From Podarcis pityusensis (lineage: Eukaryota): a stretch of DNA of 64,000 nucleotides. The notes under the pieces are model-generated. The model was not told the origin of the DNA. It did not search any database and saw only the letters and a program-made list of their open reading frames with translations. A program made the position numbers and the translations under genes. This document shows, one piece after another, positions 1 through 13,378 of the stretch (its first letter is position 1; every line of letters starts with the position of its first letter). Location of the stretch: NCBI GenBank assembly GCA_964106645.2, contig OZ067049.1, one strand, 5' to 3'.

Positions 1-945
1 GAATGAAAATGGAGCAGTGTCAAGAATTGCTTCAGATCTAAACTCTGCTTGATTCAGTGCCCGCTGCATTTCCCCCCCATTGGCCTTTGCTTATTATAGC
101 TGCGAAAAGCTTAGAGTGAACTCTGTTGAGCTTTTGGTACCTATTGAAAATGCACCCAGTTTTTGTGTGTGTGTGTGTGGGTTGCAAATTCCGAATCCTT
201 GAGAGGCTACTGTTTATTTGTTTTGATATGCTTTGAATTACCTTGTTTTAATGTGTTTCTTTAGCTCTGCTTATTGCTGCTGTGGGATTTGCATGAAGGG
301 CATATATACACACCCACACACCATACTTTTCTGTGCCTGCTAATATTGATAATAGAGCAGGGGAAAGGCCATTGATTTTGTGTGTGTGGGTGTGGGTGTG
401 TGTAAGTACAAATATGTGAAGGAGTGTGACAACTGCCTGGTGGAGACTGTTTGAAGCTGGCCTGAGGAACTTTACATAGGTTCTGACTTAAGCTGCTGTT
501 CTCTGGGGAGCAGTGGATTTCTTCCTGTGCACCTTTGTACATGGACCCATGTATTCCAGTTAACCCCAGTCTGATAAATAAGATTGAAACAGACAAGCAA
601 ATATTAAGTGAAACAAAGAGGCTGTGGCAGGCTGTGGCTAATTTTCCCAGCAAGGGGAAGGCCTGCAGCAAATGTTGTGATGGTTGCCTGTTGCCCACCC
701 CACATCTAAGGAGTCTTGAGTGTATCTCTGTGGGAAAATATGCAGCTAATTGTCGGATGTTTTGCTTGGTGTAATGCTAGGTAAAAATGGTCCTAGTCAG
801 CCTCACGACCACTATGGGGAAGTGGTTTCCATGTGACTTGGTATATCTGGAAGGTTGGGCAGGGGGGTTCATAAGTTGCTGTGGTCAGATTATCTCCCTG
901 CCTCTTACAGCATTCTTGCCCACATCTACACAAAGCGTTTAAAGC

Positions 946-1084
946 ACGAGATGGTTGGACAGTGTTCTCGAAGCTACCAGCATGAGTTTGACCAAACTGC
1001 AGGAGGCAGTGGAAGACAGGAGTGCCTAGCATGCTCTGGTCCAGGGGGTCACGAAGAGTCGGACACGACTAAACAACAACAACA
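946..1084 (+). mobile_element. BovB (RTE) LINE 3' end
   Basis: gagatggttggacagtgttctcgaagc...gtcacgaagagtcggacacgact with a (CAA)n tail; matches ~46060-46195. Confidence 0.85.
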
Positions 1085-2572
1085 AAAATAGTTTTCTAAG
1101 AGTCATGGCTTCTCCCAAAGTATCATGGGAACTGGAGTTTGTAAAGGGCGGTGGGAGTTGTTAGGAGACCCCTACTCCCTTCGCAGAACTACAATTCCCA
1201 GAGTTCCCTGGGAGGACAAATTGATTGTTAAGCCACTCAGCCAAACCTGATTTAAACTGCCTTCTTTCAAGGACCTCTAGGAATTTTATTTGTGAGGAAT
1301 CCAATAATTTTCTGCTAGGACCCCATTCCTATACTGATGTTAATGAGGCATGAGATCACAGCACACCATGAAAGTAGAACCAGGATGCCGAAAAGTCAAG
1401 AGATATCCTGGTGGGATGAATCTGTTGAATCTTGAATCTATTTGGGTATTACTGCTTTGAACATGTAAATTGTTTTCTAAAGGCCACCTGCTCATTAAGC
1501 TATACTAGGGATTATTAACAAATGTTAATGTGCAGCAATGACCATGTTCCTTATCATGTTATCATGCAGAATTATATAATACCACATGAAGAAAAGCAGG
1601 CTTGAGTCTCTTAGATTTTTTTTTTATCAAAACACACCATTATTCTGCCTTAAATAATCTTAGCTATGGCTTCAAAAGGAAAGTGTTGGCTTCTGAGAGT
1701 AGACTGTACAGGACTGAACAGGATTTCAGGTGCAACTTTTCCTGCTACTTTTGAGCCATTAACTTAAAAATATGTATGGCCTAAATAGCATGGTTGTGTA
1801 GGAGAATATTTGTGTTAGAGATGTCCTGGAAATTTTTCTTTGAGGACTGCTCATAAAACACTTTACCCATGAAAAAACCAACACCTCCTTGTGGTTTGTT
1901 GTCAGGATGGTTCAGACAAATGAGGAGTTAGTATTCTGTTCAAATGCAGCCATGTCACTCTGTTATAGGCACCCCCTCAAAAAATAACTCCATGTATGTA
2001 ATTGTACCAAAAGTATACATTTACATGGATTGTTATATTGGCCTCAGTTTCTTAATTTTAAGGAATATTTTTTTGACTGACATTTTCACTGAAAATGAGT
2101 AACGAGAAACATTTTTGCACTTTCTAAAAAGGCCAGCAGAGAGTAAGGATGGAGAACAAGAAGCAAATATTAAGTGAAACAAGAGGCCCTCTCAAAACAG
2201 AGGGGCTCAAAGGAGAGCAAACAAGGGAGAACAATTAATATTGTACTAAATGACTGCAGGGAAAAGAAACAGATTAGAACCAAACTGCAGCTCATGCTAA
2301 AGGCATCTTTGCAATGGCACCAATGTGGCTTTGCTGCCTCAAGTATCAGCTTCAGAAGAGGGATTTTCCTCAGGACTGCAGCAAGGGAGGAAGGGGTTGA
2401 ATTCCCTATGCCTGCCTGCTATGATCCTCATAATTATCACATGCACACGTGCAATTTGCCTTTTTTAAAATACCTTGCACATTAAATGCAAAGAATCATG
2501 TCATGTCATGTCTAGTTTGGGACTTGGATGGTGTCAGCTCACCCAGAAGCATATAATAGTCCAATAGTCCAC

Positions 2573-2896
2573 GGGAGAGCCAGTGTGGTGTAGTGGTTAA
2601 GAGCAGTAGACTTGTAATCTGGTGAACCGGGTTCGCTTCCCCGCTCCTCCACATGCAGCTGCTGGGTGACCTTGGGCCAGTCACACTTCTCTGAAGTCTC
2701 TCAGCCCCACTCACCTCACAGAGTGTTTGTTGTGGGGGAGGAAGGGAAAGGAGAATGTTAGCCACTTTGAGACTCCTTCGGGTAGTGATAAAGCGGGATA
2801 TCAAATCCAAACTCCTCCTCCTCCGCTGCTTCTTCTTCTTCTTCTTCTTCTTCTTCTTCTTCTTCTTCTTCTTCTTCTTCTTCTTCTTCTTCTTCT
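2573..2896 (+). mobile_element. Squam3-like tRNA-derived SINE with expanded (CTT)n tail
   Basis: gggagagccagtgtggtgtagtggttaagag head with A/B boxes; second copy at 3395-3636; (CTT)n at ~2829-2896. Confidence 0.8.
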
Positions 2897-3394
2897 GTGA
2901 TTTCACATTTTTATTCTCCTTCCCTCTTTCGCTATGGATTGCCATAACTTTCCTCTCTATTTAATGCATGGCATACTGTGTGTACGACCCCCCCTACCCT
3001 CCTGTGTCTGCAATTTCTTTAAACCTTCTGGTGAGAAGAGGGAGGGCATGGACTCTTCTCCTACATGGTCAGGTATGGTGGCATTGGCGGGAAGCTGTGC
3101 CTTTAATCTTTTTCTTTCCCCTCCAGCCAAATTCCTCTGCTTCCCCCTTGCACCATCTTATCCTCTTGCAGTCCTGCAGCAAGAGCACTGTGTACGTTCT
3201 TCTCATGTATCCTTCCTCTTAATCTGTCTCATCTCCCTCCCCCATTTCTCAAGTCTCTCTGTTGTGTGGTCCGTAGGATCATTGGAAGCTGCCTTATACT
3301 GAGTCAGGTCATTGGCCCATTTAGCTCAGCATCGTCTACACTGGCTGGCAGCAGCTCTCAGGCAGAGATCTCTCCCAGCCCTACTTGGTGTGTT

Positions 3395-3636
3395 CAGTGT
3401 GGTGTAGTGCTTAAGAGTGGTAGTCTTGTAATCTGGTGAACCGGGTTCGCTTCCCTGCTCCTCCACATGCAGCTGCTGGGTGACCTTGGGCTAGTCACAC
3501 TTCTCTGAAGTCTCTTAGCCTCACTCACCTCACAGAGTGTTTGTTGTGGGGGAGGAAGAAAAGGAAAATGTTAGCTGCTTTGAGACTCCTTTGGATAGTG
3601 ATAAAGTGGGATATCAAATCCAAACTCTTCTTCTTC
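3395..3636 (+). mobile_element. Squam3-like SINE nested in an older antisense tRNA-SINE (3274-3394 plus 3637-3701)
   Basis: Highly similar to 2581-2820; the flanks are the two halves of the family seen at 49792-49986. Confidence 0.8.
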
Positions 3637-5833
3637 TGGATTGATCCTGGGACCTTCTGCATGCAAGGCAATTGCTCTGCCACTGAACCATGACCTTTCC
3701 CTGAAATTTAACAATTGGGGGAATTGTTAAAATGAAAGCTCACTTGACATATAAGTGGTGATTATCCTGAAACAGCTCAGGATCCTCTTGCCAAGCAATT
3801 GGAAGTTCCATCTGGTGGAGATTGCCAGAGATTTTCCTCTCCCATGAAAGCTTAGCTGCCCTGCTCTGGTCATTCATAAATATGCCCACACTCTCCATGC
3901 CCCTTTACAGAATGTCTAATGTGCCCATTTTGGCAGCATTAAGTACTTTACGCTAGGGGCTTGTCCATACAGGAACAGAGTGTAGATTTACACCAGCTTG
4001 TCTCCCCATTAATGCTAGGGCAGCCACATAATTACTTCCCTGTTGTTATCTCAGACCTCCCCTCACCCTTTTAAACGAAGTGTGTTTTTAATTCTTGGAA
4101 AGTCCAAATTTGGTGGGGACATGCATTTAAAGTGGAAAAGGTCTGGGACAACTCTAGGATGGGGTCCACATTTTTGTTCTGGTGTGTTCGAGTCCTGGGT
4201 CAATTTCTTTCTGTATTGTACCATAAAACAATACTGGCCATATAGCATGGAATGCTCTTTAAAATGTAACCCTGTTAAGTGATTTTAAAAATTATTTTAT
4301 CAGTGTGGGCCTGCTGAATTAATGATTATATTATATTAATATCATATATTAGTATCGTATTGTATCATATGTTATTGTAAGGTCCCCCATCTCTGAGTAC
4401 CAAGAGACAACAGGGGTGCCTGTGCTTATCCTGGGTTCAGTTTCCTTGGAATGAAGGTCAATGGAGGCTGTGGTACCCTTAGGTTATGTGGTTCTATCTA
4501 TACAACCTGACCATAGGATGGAGGTGCTCACTGCATTAAGACTCCAAAATTTATTGCCTCCCCATTAGGTTTCCAGAAAAGCTCCAAGCCATGCTCTGGG
4601 TACAGTATAGGTCAAGACAAGCCTCTGTGTCTTCAGCTTCCAGCATCAGCCACAACTCTCTCACACACCCAGCCCCCCCCCCTTGGCCCCCTGTTCTCCA
4701 TCCTAGGGTGGCATGGCGTCCAGCCAGGTGAGGTAGTAAAAGGTCCACACATTTCTCTTTATGGCAACATGTCTTTGGACATATACATGGCAGTCCAGCT
4801 GACTAGCTAAGGCAACCTGTCTGACTTAGTTCAGTGGCCTCTTCTACTAGATTCTAAACCTTGCTGCATCAAGGATCACAGGCCTGGAAGGGACCAATGA
4901 ATATCATCCAGACTGACTCCGCCCCCCCTTAAACCTATAACAATATTATTGCTGTGGTAAAGATTTTTCTATCGCTATAGAACAGAAGTTCTTGTTTTGC
5001 TTGACCAGACCTTCAACAGTGTCCTTAATAGAAAGCCATGACATACATTGTAGCATCAATAAATACCCTTTCAGTTAGCAAAGAAAAGACCTCTAAATGA
5101 AAATTAACAAACGTGGATAAAAGAGTTCACTCCCTCTGCACTCAAGTCACATTAAACTTCACTGTCTTCAGAGCAGGAAGCAGTTTATAGCATCGTATTT
5201 GCAAACACACCCAAGACTCATCTAGACTGTATCAGCCACATGAAGTAAGGAAGTAAGACAAAAGTGGCATAGGGAATTTTCTTCTGCCTTGGCTAGAGAA
5301 ACCACATGGCCAGACCTCAGGGAGACTACTGGTATGAACGTGGGTGGCATGATCTGGTTTTTAAGTTATATACAATTTAGGAAACAAACTTATTCCCCCT
5401 TGCTGAGTGAACATTACAGCAGAACTAGGGGATGAACAAGGCTTTCTTGTGGATCTCAAATGAATCTACCCTAAAAGCCCAGCCACTGCAACATTCCTTT
5501 CCCAGTCCCCTTATTTGTTTTATTCCATTTCAAATTGCAGTAGCAAAAAAGGGCATTTCTTTATTTATCTAATTTAGTAGTTTCACTGTTTCAAAGTCCT
5601 TGCAGTTAGACTTGCGGGCCTACCTGGTCCGTACCAGCCCACAGGAGCCAATGTGGGTTTTAACCTAGGATGTGCAGCCTAGATGGCCACTTCACTGCTT
5701 TGAGCACAGGGAATGCATTGAGGGGGGAAAGAGTTATCAGCCTTTTCTGGGATATAGGGAACAGATTATACTGAGTCAGACCTCAGTATAGTTCTGCATT
5801 CTCTCTACACCAACTGACAGCAAGTCTCTAATG

Positions 5834-5955
5834 TAGCGTTTCCCAAACTTGGGTCTCCAGCTGTTCCCATCATCCCTGACCACCAGTCCTGCTAGCTAGG
5901 GATGGTGGCAGTTGCAGTCCAAAAACAGCTGGAGACCCAAGTTTGGGAAACCCTG
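5834..5955. mobile_element. Palindromic hAT-type MITE nested in a tRNA-SINE
   Basis: TIRs tttcccaaacttgggtctccagctgtt and aacagctggagacccaagtttgggaaa; TSD ctctaatg/ctgtaatg. Confidence 0.8.
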
Positions 5956-6214
5956 CTGTAATGTTTCAGACAGGAAACCTTCTAGCCTGACGTGGAGTTT
6001 TCAGGAGTTGAACCTGGGACCTGCAGCTTATGAGGCATGTGCTGTATCACTGAACTATGATCACCTCAGGCATTTCCAGAAGGCCCAGATGCATGGCACT
6101 GAACTCAGCCAGGAGCACCGGTAGGAGCTATTCTCTGTGCATCACCCTAATCCAATTTGTAAACTCGCTCATCTAATCGTCTGTGCCGAGTAAGAATCCT
6201 CTCCAGGTGACCTG

Positions 6215-6573
6215 GTAAAGGTAAAGGTAAAGGGACCCCTGACCATTAGGTCCAGTCGTGACCGACTCTGGGGTTGCGGCGCACATCTCGCTTTATTGGC
6301 CAAGGGAGCTGGCGTACAGCTTCCGGGTCATGTGGCCAGCATGACTAAGCTGCTTCTGGCGAACCAGAGCAGCGCACGGAAATGCCGTTTACCTTCCCGC
6401 CGGAGCGGTACCTATTTATCTACTTGCACTTTGACGTGCTTTTGAACTGCTAGGTTGGCAGGAGCAGGGACTGAGCAACAGGAGCTCACCCCGTCGCAGG
6501 GATTCGAATTGCCGACCTTCTGATTGGCAAGTTGTAGGCTCTGTGGTTTAACCCACAGCGCCACCTGCGTCCC
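6215..6573 (-). mobile_element. Sauria SINE, full length
   Basis: Reverse complement of gggacgc(g/a)ggtggcgctgtgg...(acctttt-like) tail; TSD CCAGGTGACCTG at 6203-14 and 6577-88. Confidence 0.92.
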
Positions 6574-8290
6574 ACACCAGGTGACCTGACAGAGAAGCAA
6601 AAGCCGGTTCTCTCTTCATCCTTGTAAGGCCACAAATGTCTAACAGAAGAAATATAGTAAACATGTTTGAGAGTTAGTAATGGGGGGCGGGGGGCAGGAG
6701 GACTAGATTTGCAAGGCTGCCCTACTTGGTAATCTTCTGAAAATATGTCTACTTCTGAATATATTGTGTCCTACAGATGAAAAATTAAAAGCGTCCTAGT
6801 CATTACAGTGAACTACATGGTCTAGCTGTAGATCCATCAGTAAGTAGCATTCTGGCTTACTTGGGGATCTGCCTGTCTGTTGTACGAGCTCAGCATTTTG
6901 AGTTTTGTCCAGAAGCAAAGCAATGAATGAATTTTCTTCAGAGCTCAATTTTGTTGTCAGAAAGCCAAACTGACTCAGAGGAATGGGTGGAGCTGCTTGT
7001 TCAGACAGGATTTTTACTTTTTGCCCTTTACCTCTGGAGCCAGAGGTCTGGCTCCCATCCAGCTGTATGAGGAGAAGATTATGGTCTTTCTCTAGGTAAT
7101 TTGAAGGAGCAAAACCAAAGTGAAGTCAGGTGATCAAAAGCCGGCACTGAGTTTTTCCACAATGTTTCTCTTGATTTTGCTTATCTATTCCACTGTAACC
7201 ACACGGTTTCCCCCCCTCTTTTTAAAGACTTCATGAGCAGTTTCTTGTATGCACAAAATTGCAGATCTGTTCATGTAGGATGAACTATCAGTGGCTCTCA
7301 ACTCTGAGGTTTTGCGGACCTCTCAAAAATTGCCGGGAACCACTTAATAAACTTTATTTCTTCTACTGTGACAATATCATCAAAAACCAGCACAGCATTA
7401 TGAAAATCACAGGTCGGGCTACTGGCATGGATCCCTTTAACTGGGAAAAATATATATCACGAAACTCAGAGGTCCTAGTCCATGGCCTTGATAGTCTCTT
7501 CAGTAAATATGGCCCTAGTCAAAACACCCTCAGTCTCCATTACAAGAAAAGAAATAAATCAAATGCAAGGCCAGCTACAGCATAGCTGTCAACTTTTCCC
7601 TTTTCTTGCGAGGAATCCTATTCGGAATAAGGGAATTTCCCTTTAAAAAAGGGAAACGTTGACAGCTATGAGCTACAGAAGTTCTTGACTGTACCACCTT
7701 ATGAAGCCAACATGGGGGAGATGTTTCGTGAACATTTTTGGCCAGAGAATTCACCATCTGTCCTCAGTGATTCCATGTGCTCCTTGGGGAGAGTCTTGAA
7801 ACTATTCATGGGGGTGAGGGGTGGAGGTGCTGAAGCAAATGGATCAACAGTCCTTTGCTTCAAGCCAATTATGCATAGTTTGCTAAGGATATGTATGCAG
7901 ATCCTGGACCCTAAGTTTGGATGCCATGGATTGAACTTGAGGCCTTCTGCATTTAAAGCAAGTTCTTCACTGAGCTATGGCCTCTCCCCATCTGAACGGC
8001 TACTGAAAGAATTGCAGTGAGGGCTGATGCCATCCCCTTGCGTCGTTTTTCTTTGCTCAGAGAGCCCTTTTATACATGCTTTGCTGTAGTTAATCAGTCC
8101 TAACAGTGCAAATGGGAGCTGGACCAGGGCAAAAGTCTCCCCATGCTATGTTGGTGGGAAATGAAACTGCTTGCAGTCTGGCAATGGGATGCCCTATAGT
8201 GTAACATTTGTACTTCTCTCAATTTTGCAATGCAGTTCTCCAACCCCCAAATGTGCACAAAAATGCATACATTAAGAGAAAATGTGCATA

Positions 8291-9705
8291 GGCTTCCAGT
8301 CCCACCTGCCTTAATGGAGGCATCCCCCACGACGGTGGAGGATTGTTGGCGAACAAAAAACAAGGATGGTAGAGGGTAAATCATCCTTACAAATTCCCTC
8401 CAGGGAATGGGCTTTGCTCGCAGTTCGTCTTGGTACCTGGCTCTCACTCCGGCATGGAATGTGGAAGGCAGGGAGGCGCTGAGTACAAAAGCACTTCACC
8501 TGGTGAAAACCCTCCTACGTCGCCATTAAGTAGAGGTTATCCGTTTAGTTGGATTTATAGTTGATTTTAAAGTACCAGCGTGTTATGGAAAAGGGTTGCA
8601 ACAACATACTGCGGAACATATCAGCTACAGGGATCAAGGGTTTGAACTGAGATAAGATTTTCTTTAGTGTGGGAATCGTTTGGGGAGAGGGAAACCCATG
8701 GTTTGTTTATTCTAAGCTTCTTTTATATATTTATGATTTGGCAATCCTCTTCAGAATACAAGATAAAAATAGATTTACAAGTGAGGAAGGGATGTTGGAG
8801 TAATATTGATATTAACAAGCAAAAATGGAAGCTGCATGTGATCTGAAATGAAGAAAGGGGGGGGGGGACTCAAGTATGACTGTGTTGGAAAGACAGTAAT
8901 TCCCCTCACCTCTGTTTAAAAACAACAGACAAGGAAAAACAGACTGAGATTTGTTTGTGCTATTGTGTTTGTGAGATTTGTTTGACGGATTGTAATCTAA
9001 GATAAAGTTTAATTGGGCCATAAATCTCTTGCTGGAAGGAAAAGAATTTGGGGGGTGTGATAAGAACGCTTCAGAGATTCTGGGAGTTGGAAAAGGGGTA
9101 TTAAATCTTCAGTGCTGAGAAAACTGCCCACCTTTTCCTAGGCTGAGATGAAAATGGCGAAGATCTGTGACATGTTTTACTAGTGAGACAGAATGGTTTC
9201 TAGTAGACTGTCGCCTGTTCCGAGACATAGAAACAAGGACTGAGAGATAAGACTTCTGAGAAACTTTGAGATTCAGTTCCGCCCCAAATCATGATGGGAG
9301 AAAACAACAACTGGGAAGTGAAAGAAACACCATATATGGACAGAAGGAATCTCCAGTTTTCACATGCAGAACAGAATAAAGATAATAGTTCCACACCTGA
9401 AGCATTATAAATTTATATATTATAACATCACAAATGGAAATCATTAATTATGTAGCTGTTGACTAAGGGATGATTATTATAACTGAAATGTAACTGGTAT
9501 TAATTAAGATTATGCAACACAGTGATATAAGATCAGAAATGCGCCTGTTCCACCATGCAGGGAGCCATTTTAACTGAAATGTATTATTAGGAAGTTGAAT
9601 GGCATTCTGATAATTGTATAATTTGGGAATTAACTGTTACTGTTATAATTTAGCTATTATTGGGGGTATATTGGAAAACATTTTTTTTTAATTTACAAAA
9701 AAAGG
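8291..9705 (+). mobile_element. ~1.4-kb A-tailed retroposed element (L1-derived non-autonomous?) inside an older repeat
   Basis: TGTGCATA duplicated at 8283-90 and 9706-13. The host repeat is seen uninterrupted at ~54770-55200. GC-richer 5' part, AT-rich 3' part and A tail. Confidence 0.45.
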
Positions 9706-10695
9706 TGTGCATAAAAATGTATATCTTAATGACAGTAACACAAAAATGAATGCTATTGTGGGGAATTGCTTGCGAAATTATGTATGCTAGACAAAATTGC
9801 TTCCAAAAATTGGTATATTAGAAGAAATGCACAATAAATGCTGACAATTTTTGTGCAGACTTAATATATATATATATATATATATCTGCAAACTGAACTC
9901 AAGTCTGGAAAAAAGAGAAGTGGTGAAAAAAGGATATTGACCGATTCATCTCTACTTCCAAATGGTGACTTAGGTAGTGAGAAAAGCTCATGAAAATTCA
10001 ACACAGAATTAATGTGTGAGTGAAATATAAGTAGGTTTACTCAGTTCTGATAAGCCATAGTCGCCAGGTTTGCTGCTGATATACATTTGTGGAAATGCTG
10101 CTTTAGACAAAGAAAGCTGGGAATCAAGCAGAGGATTTAGCCTTCAGTTGTAATTGTGAAACCACTTATTCTACAGAAGTCCCTTTGAAGTTAATGGGCT
10201 CTCCTGCAGACGGTGGCTGGAGGCTTGCAGACAGATTCTGGAGGCTTGCAGCAGCTCATCTGCCTGCAGTGCTGGCATAATGCCTCTCCACTCTCTGTGC
10301 TACCCCACGGTTGGTGATGTTGATCTGACACATCAGGTAACAGGCTTGATATTAAGCAGGGGTGGTTTTTTTGTTTTTTGTTTTGCTGATGCTGCAAGTT
10401 TTCATCTTATTTGTTCCTTTCTCCAGTTTGAAGAACCTGAGTCAGATTATATCACAGACAAGCAAAACATAACAATGTGCAGATGACGGTCAAAATGAGC
10501 ATATTCTGCACAATCTAACACGATCACAGCACCATTAAAAAAGAGAGATTAGCCAGCTCCATATGCTTTTCTCGATCAAGTTGTTTTCTCCATTCTCCAA
10601 AGGGATTCCAACAAAGCCTCTCTAGGAAGCAAACTCCATAATCAGGGTTCTACCACCAAGAAGACCTAGCTCTGTGTGTCACCGTCAGTCTAGTG

Positions 10696-10831
10696 CAGGC
10701 ACCCCCAAACTCGGCCCTCCAGATGTTTTGGGACTACAATTCCCACCATCCCTGACCACTGGTCCTGTTAGCTAGGGATGATGGGAGTTGCAGTCCCCAA
10801 ACATCTGGAGGGCCGAGTTTGGGGATGCCTG
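10696..10831. mobile_element. Palindromic hAT-type MITE
   Basis: Near-perfect fold-back CAGGCA...TGCCTG; perfect 8-bp TSD GTCTAGTG at 10688-95 and 10832-39. Confidence 0.88.
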
Positions 10832-13231
10832 GTCTAGTGCATGGCTAAGTAACCTTTGGCCTTTCTGATGTTGCTGGACTATAGCTCTCACAATTCCCGA
10901 TCATAAGCTATGTTGCTGGGCCACAAGTTCCCCAGCTTTTGTCTAGCTTTTCACACAGAAGACCTAAAAGGGTGGTTTGGTTCCTATGTGGTGTTCCCAC
11001 AAGAAACCAATTTCAGGCCCAAGATAAAACGTTTCGAGAAGGTGTGGGCATGTAGCCCTTGGCGTAATTTCCAAAGCTGACTGCGACGGATCAGTCTAGA
11101 CAACTCTGGCAAGAACAGTCTCTTTCTCCTTTCGTAGGAAGCAAGAGGGAGAAAGAAGGAGGTGGTGGGAAGCAGTGCTATTTTTCTAGAAAAAGAGGTG
11201 CCACAACTCACCCTTTTTCTCTGATAATGGAAATGGCTCCCACCTGAAAGGTGCCAGAACTCAGTTCCGGCGAGTTCCAACTGGAAAAAGCCCTGTTTAG
11301 GAAGACAGTGCAAATGGGCATGAGGTCTGCTTTTGGCACTGGTCTTGCCCACAGCTGGCTTGGGTTCTTCCCCTTGTTGGGCCCACCCCACTGGCAGATT
11401 ACCTCTGAAGGAATACATGATTTGACAGTAAAAAGTATTGCCCACCCCTCTTTTGGAGGCCTACCAAAAGTAAGCAAAACTTAACAATGAGGCTGGTAGC
11501 AGTTATGCTTGGTCTCTAGGTTATTCACTCCTTCAAAATCATCATCTGTGAACTTTCCCTCCTGTCTAGGCATTAGAACTTTGACCCTCAACAGGCAAAT
11601 TAACTACAAACCCCATAATTTGGGCTCTCCTCCAAACCTGTACCAAAGTTTTGCTGTTATTTTACAGTGTTTTGCAGAGAAACCTCCACATTCTGTAGCG
11701 CTCCACAAACTGATTAATTGATACATCAAACACAAGGTTCGTGCTTAACTACAAGCCCCCAAATTTGGGATCCTCTGCAAACAGCGCTACCACCATCAAC
11801 CATTCTCAGCTGCAAGTAGGGCTTCCCTTCAGACTGGAATCAGCTTTGCCTATAGTCCCTGAGGGGACATAGATCAGAGCCCCCCAGTAACATCCTCTCA
11901 CCAAACCTTTGAAACAACCTATTTTCCCCTGGCTGTCAACAAATGTTAAATATTCTGTTATGTCAGAGTGAGGAAATGTACTGGGGATCTTACATATGCA
12001 GGGATGTCTTGGATAATAAATCACTTTTGAGTCTATATGACTGATGACCCATGAAATCTCCACAGGCCTTCTAGTTTTAACAGTCACAAACACTAATCTT
12101 GGCTGTCGGAGGAAAGTAGTGTATTCTATTGAGCCCTAGTAAACTTTCCACTCGAAAGCATGGTAGTTACCAAATGGTTATTGAAAAGAGCTTGCTGAGA
12201 AGCAATAGTGATTCCTTGGCTCTCTTTCTGACATGGGGCTGGGCCCCCTTGTGGTGCTATTTCTCCTAATACACAAATAAACACCAGGACCGTTCATGTC
12301 CCATATTTATTTTAATGCCTTGTCTGCTTACTAGTGTACAGACGTCACACAGTGCTGTGCCACAATGTTGAAGTTCTTTGGAGCTATGTCTAGATTGTCT
12401 TGCACGCCAGCTTTTTGTACTGACTCTTATTGTATGTATGCATAATGATGGATACATCAACTTGGGGTTAAAAGATTCTGAACATGTGCAGAGTGTTTTC
12501 CTCCAAGCATTGAAAAAGAGCAAAGCCTGCAGGCCCTAGGCAGTCCTGAGCCATGGCTTTTCTTCTTTTAGAACCAAAGCATTCTTAGCCATCTTGTTGG
12601 CCTCATCCATTGGGCTCGCCTTACATCCTTAGCTGCAGGGGTATTCAGTTATCAAGGAAGCAAAAGGAGAGACAAGAGTTAATGCAAAGTAAGAATTGCA
12701 GCACCGGCCCATGTGAGTCACAACTCAACAGATTTTATAAAACCGCTAAGGAGATTAACTCAATAACCAGTTTACCTGTCAGCATCAAGTCCCCCCCCCC
12801 CAAGACCCCTAACACATCTTCAAAAAACTGCTGCCTGACAGACTGATGCTTTCCAGAGTCAGGTGGTGTCTGGCTTGAGGAATTCACTGTGTTTCCCCCC
12901 TTCTCTCTCGGTGTTAAGCATTTTCATAGGTGAGGTTTAAGCCATTTATCACTTATCACATTCCTATGCCTTCCTTAAGGAGTTCAGAATGGGATCCATT
13001 TTATTCTATTGCCATTTTGCCCTCGCAACATCCTGGGAGGCAGGCTGAAAAAGAGTTAATGACCCCCAGATCAGGCAGTGAGCTTCACAGCTGAATGGAA
13101 ATTTGAACCCAGGGCTCTCGTTCAAGCCCAATACTTTATTCACTATACCGAACCTGCTCTTCTTATCCATCTTGCATGGTTGTCAGATGCACATTAAATG
13201 TGTATATTTACCACTTGTATATTGCATTGGT

Positions 13232-13378
13232 GTTTGGATAGCTCAGTCGGTAGAGCTTGAGACTCTTAATCTTAGGGTCGTGGGTTCAAGCCCCACATTG
13301 GGCAAAAGATTTCTGCATTGCAGGGGGTAGAACTACAGTAGATCACTCTTGTGGTCCCTTCCACCTCTATGATTCTAA
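13232..13378 (+). mobile_element. tRNA-Lys(CTT)-derived SINE with CR1-type 3' tail
   Basis: 13232-13304 closely resembles tRNA-Lys-CTT (tagctcagtcggtagagc..gagactcttaatc..agggtcgtgggttcaagcccca) but with a mutated acceptor stem. It is followed by gtcccttccacctctatgattcta, a CR1-type tail. Confidence 0.75.

Noticed and set aside
2496-2964. Poly-Lys and poly-Phe ORFs
   Set aside because: Translations of the (CTT)n SINE tail.
8990-9030. TAAT plus GCCATAAA motif cluster as a conserved enhancer
   Set aside because: Lies inside the apparent 1.4-kb retroposed insertion.
10696-10831. pre-miRNA-like hairpin (also 23570, 52631, 5834)
   Set aside because: Multicopy palindromic MITE with 8-bp TSD.
13232-13304. 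Functional tRNA-Lys(CTT) gene
   Set aside because: Acceptor stem mutated, no oligo-T terminator directly downstream, and continues into a CR1-type tail, so it is a SINE head.
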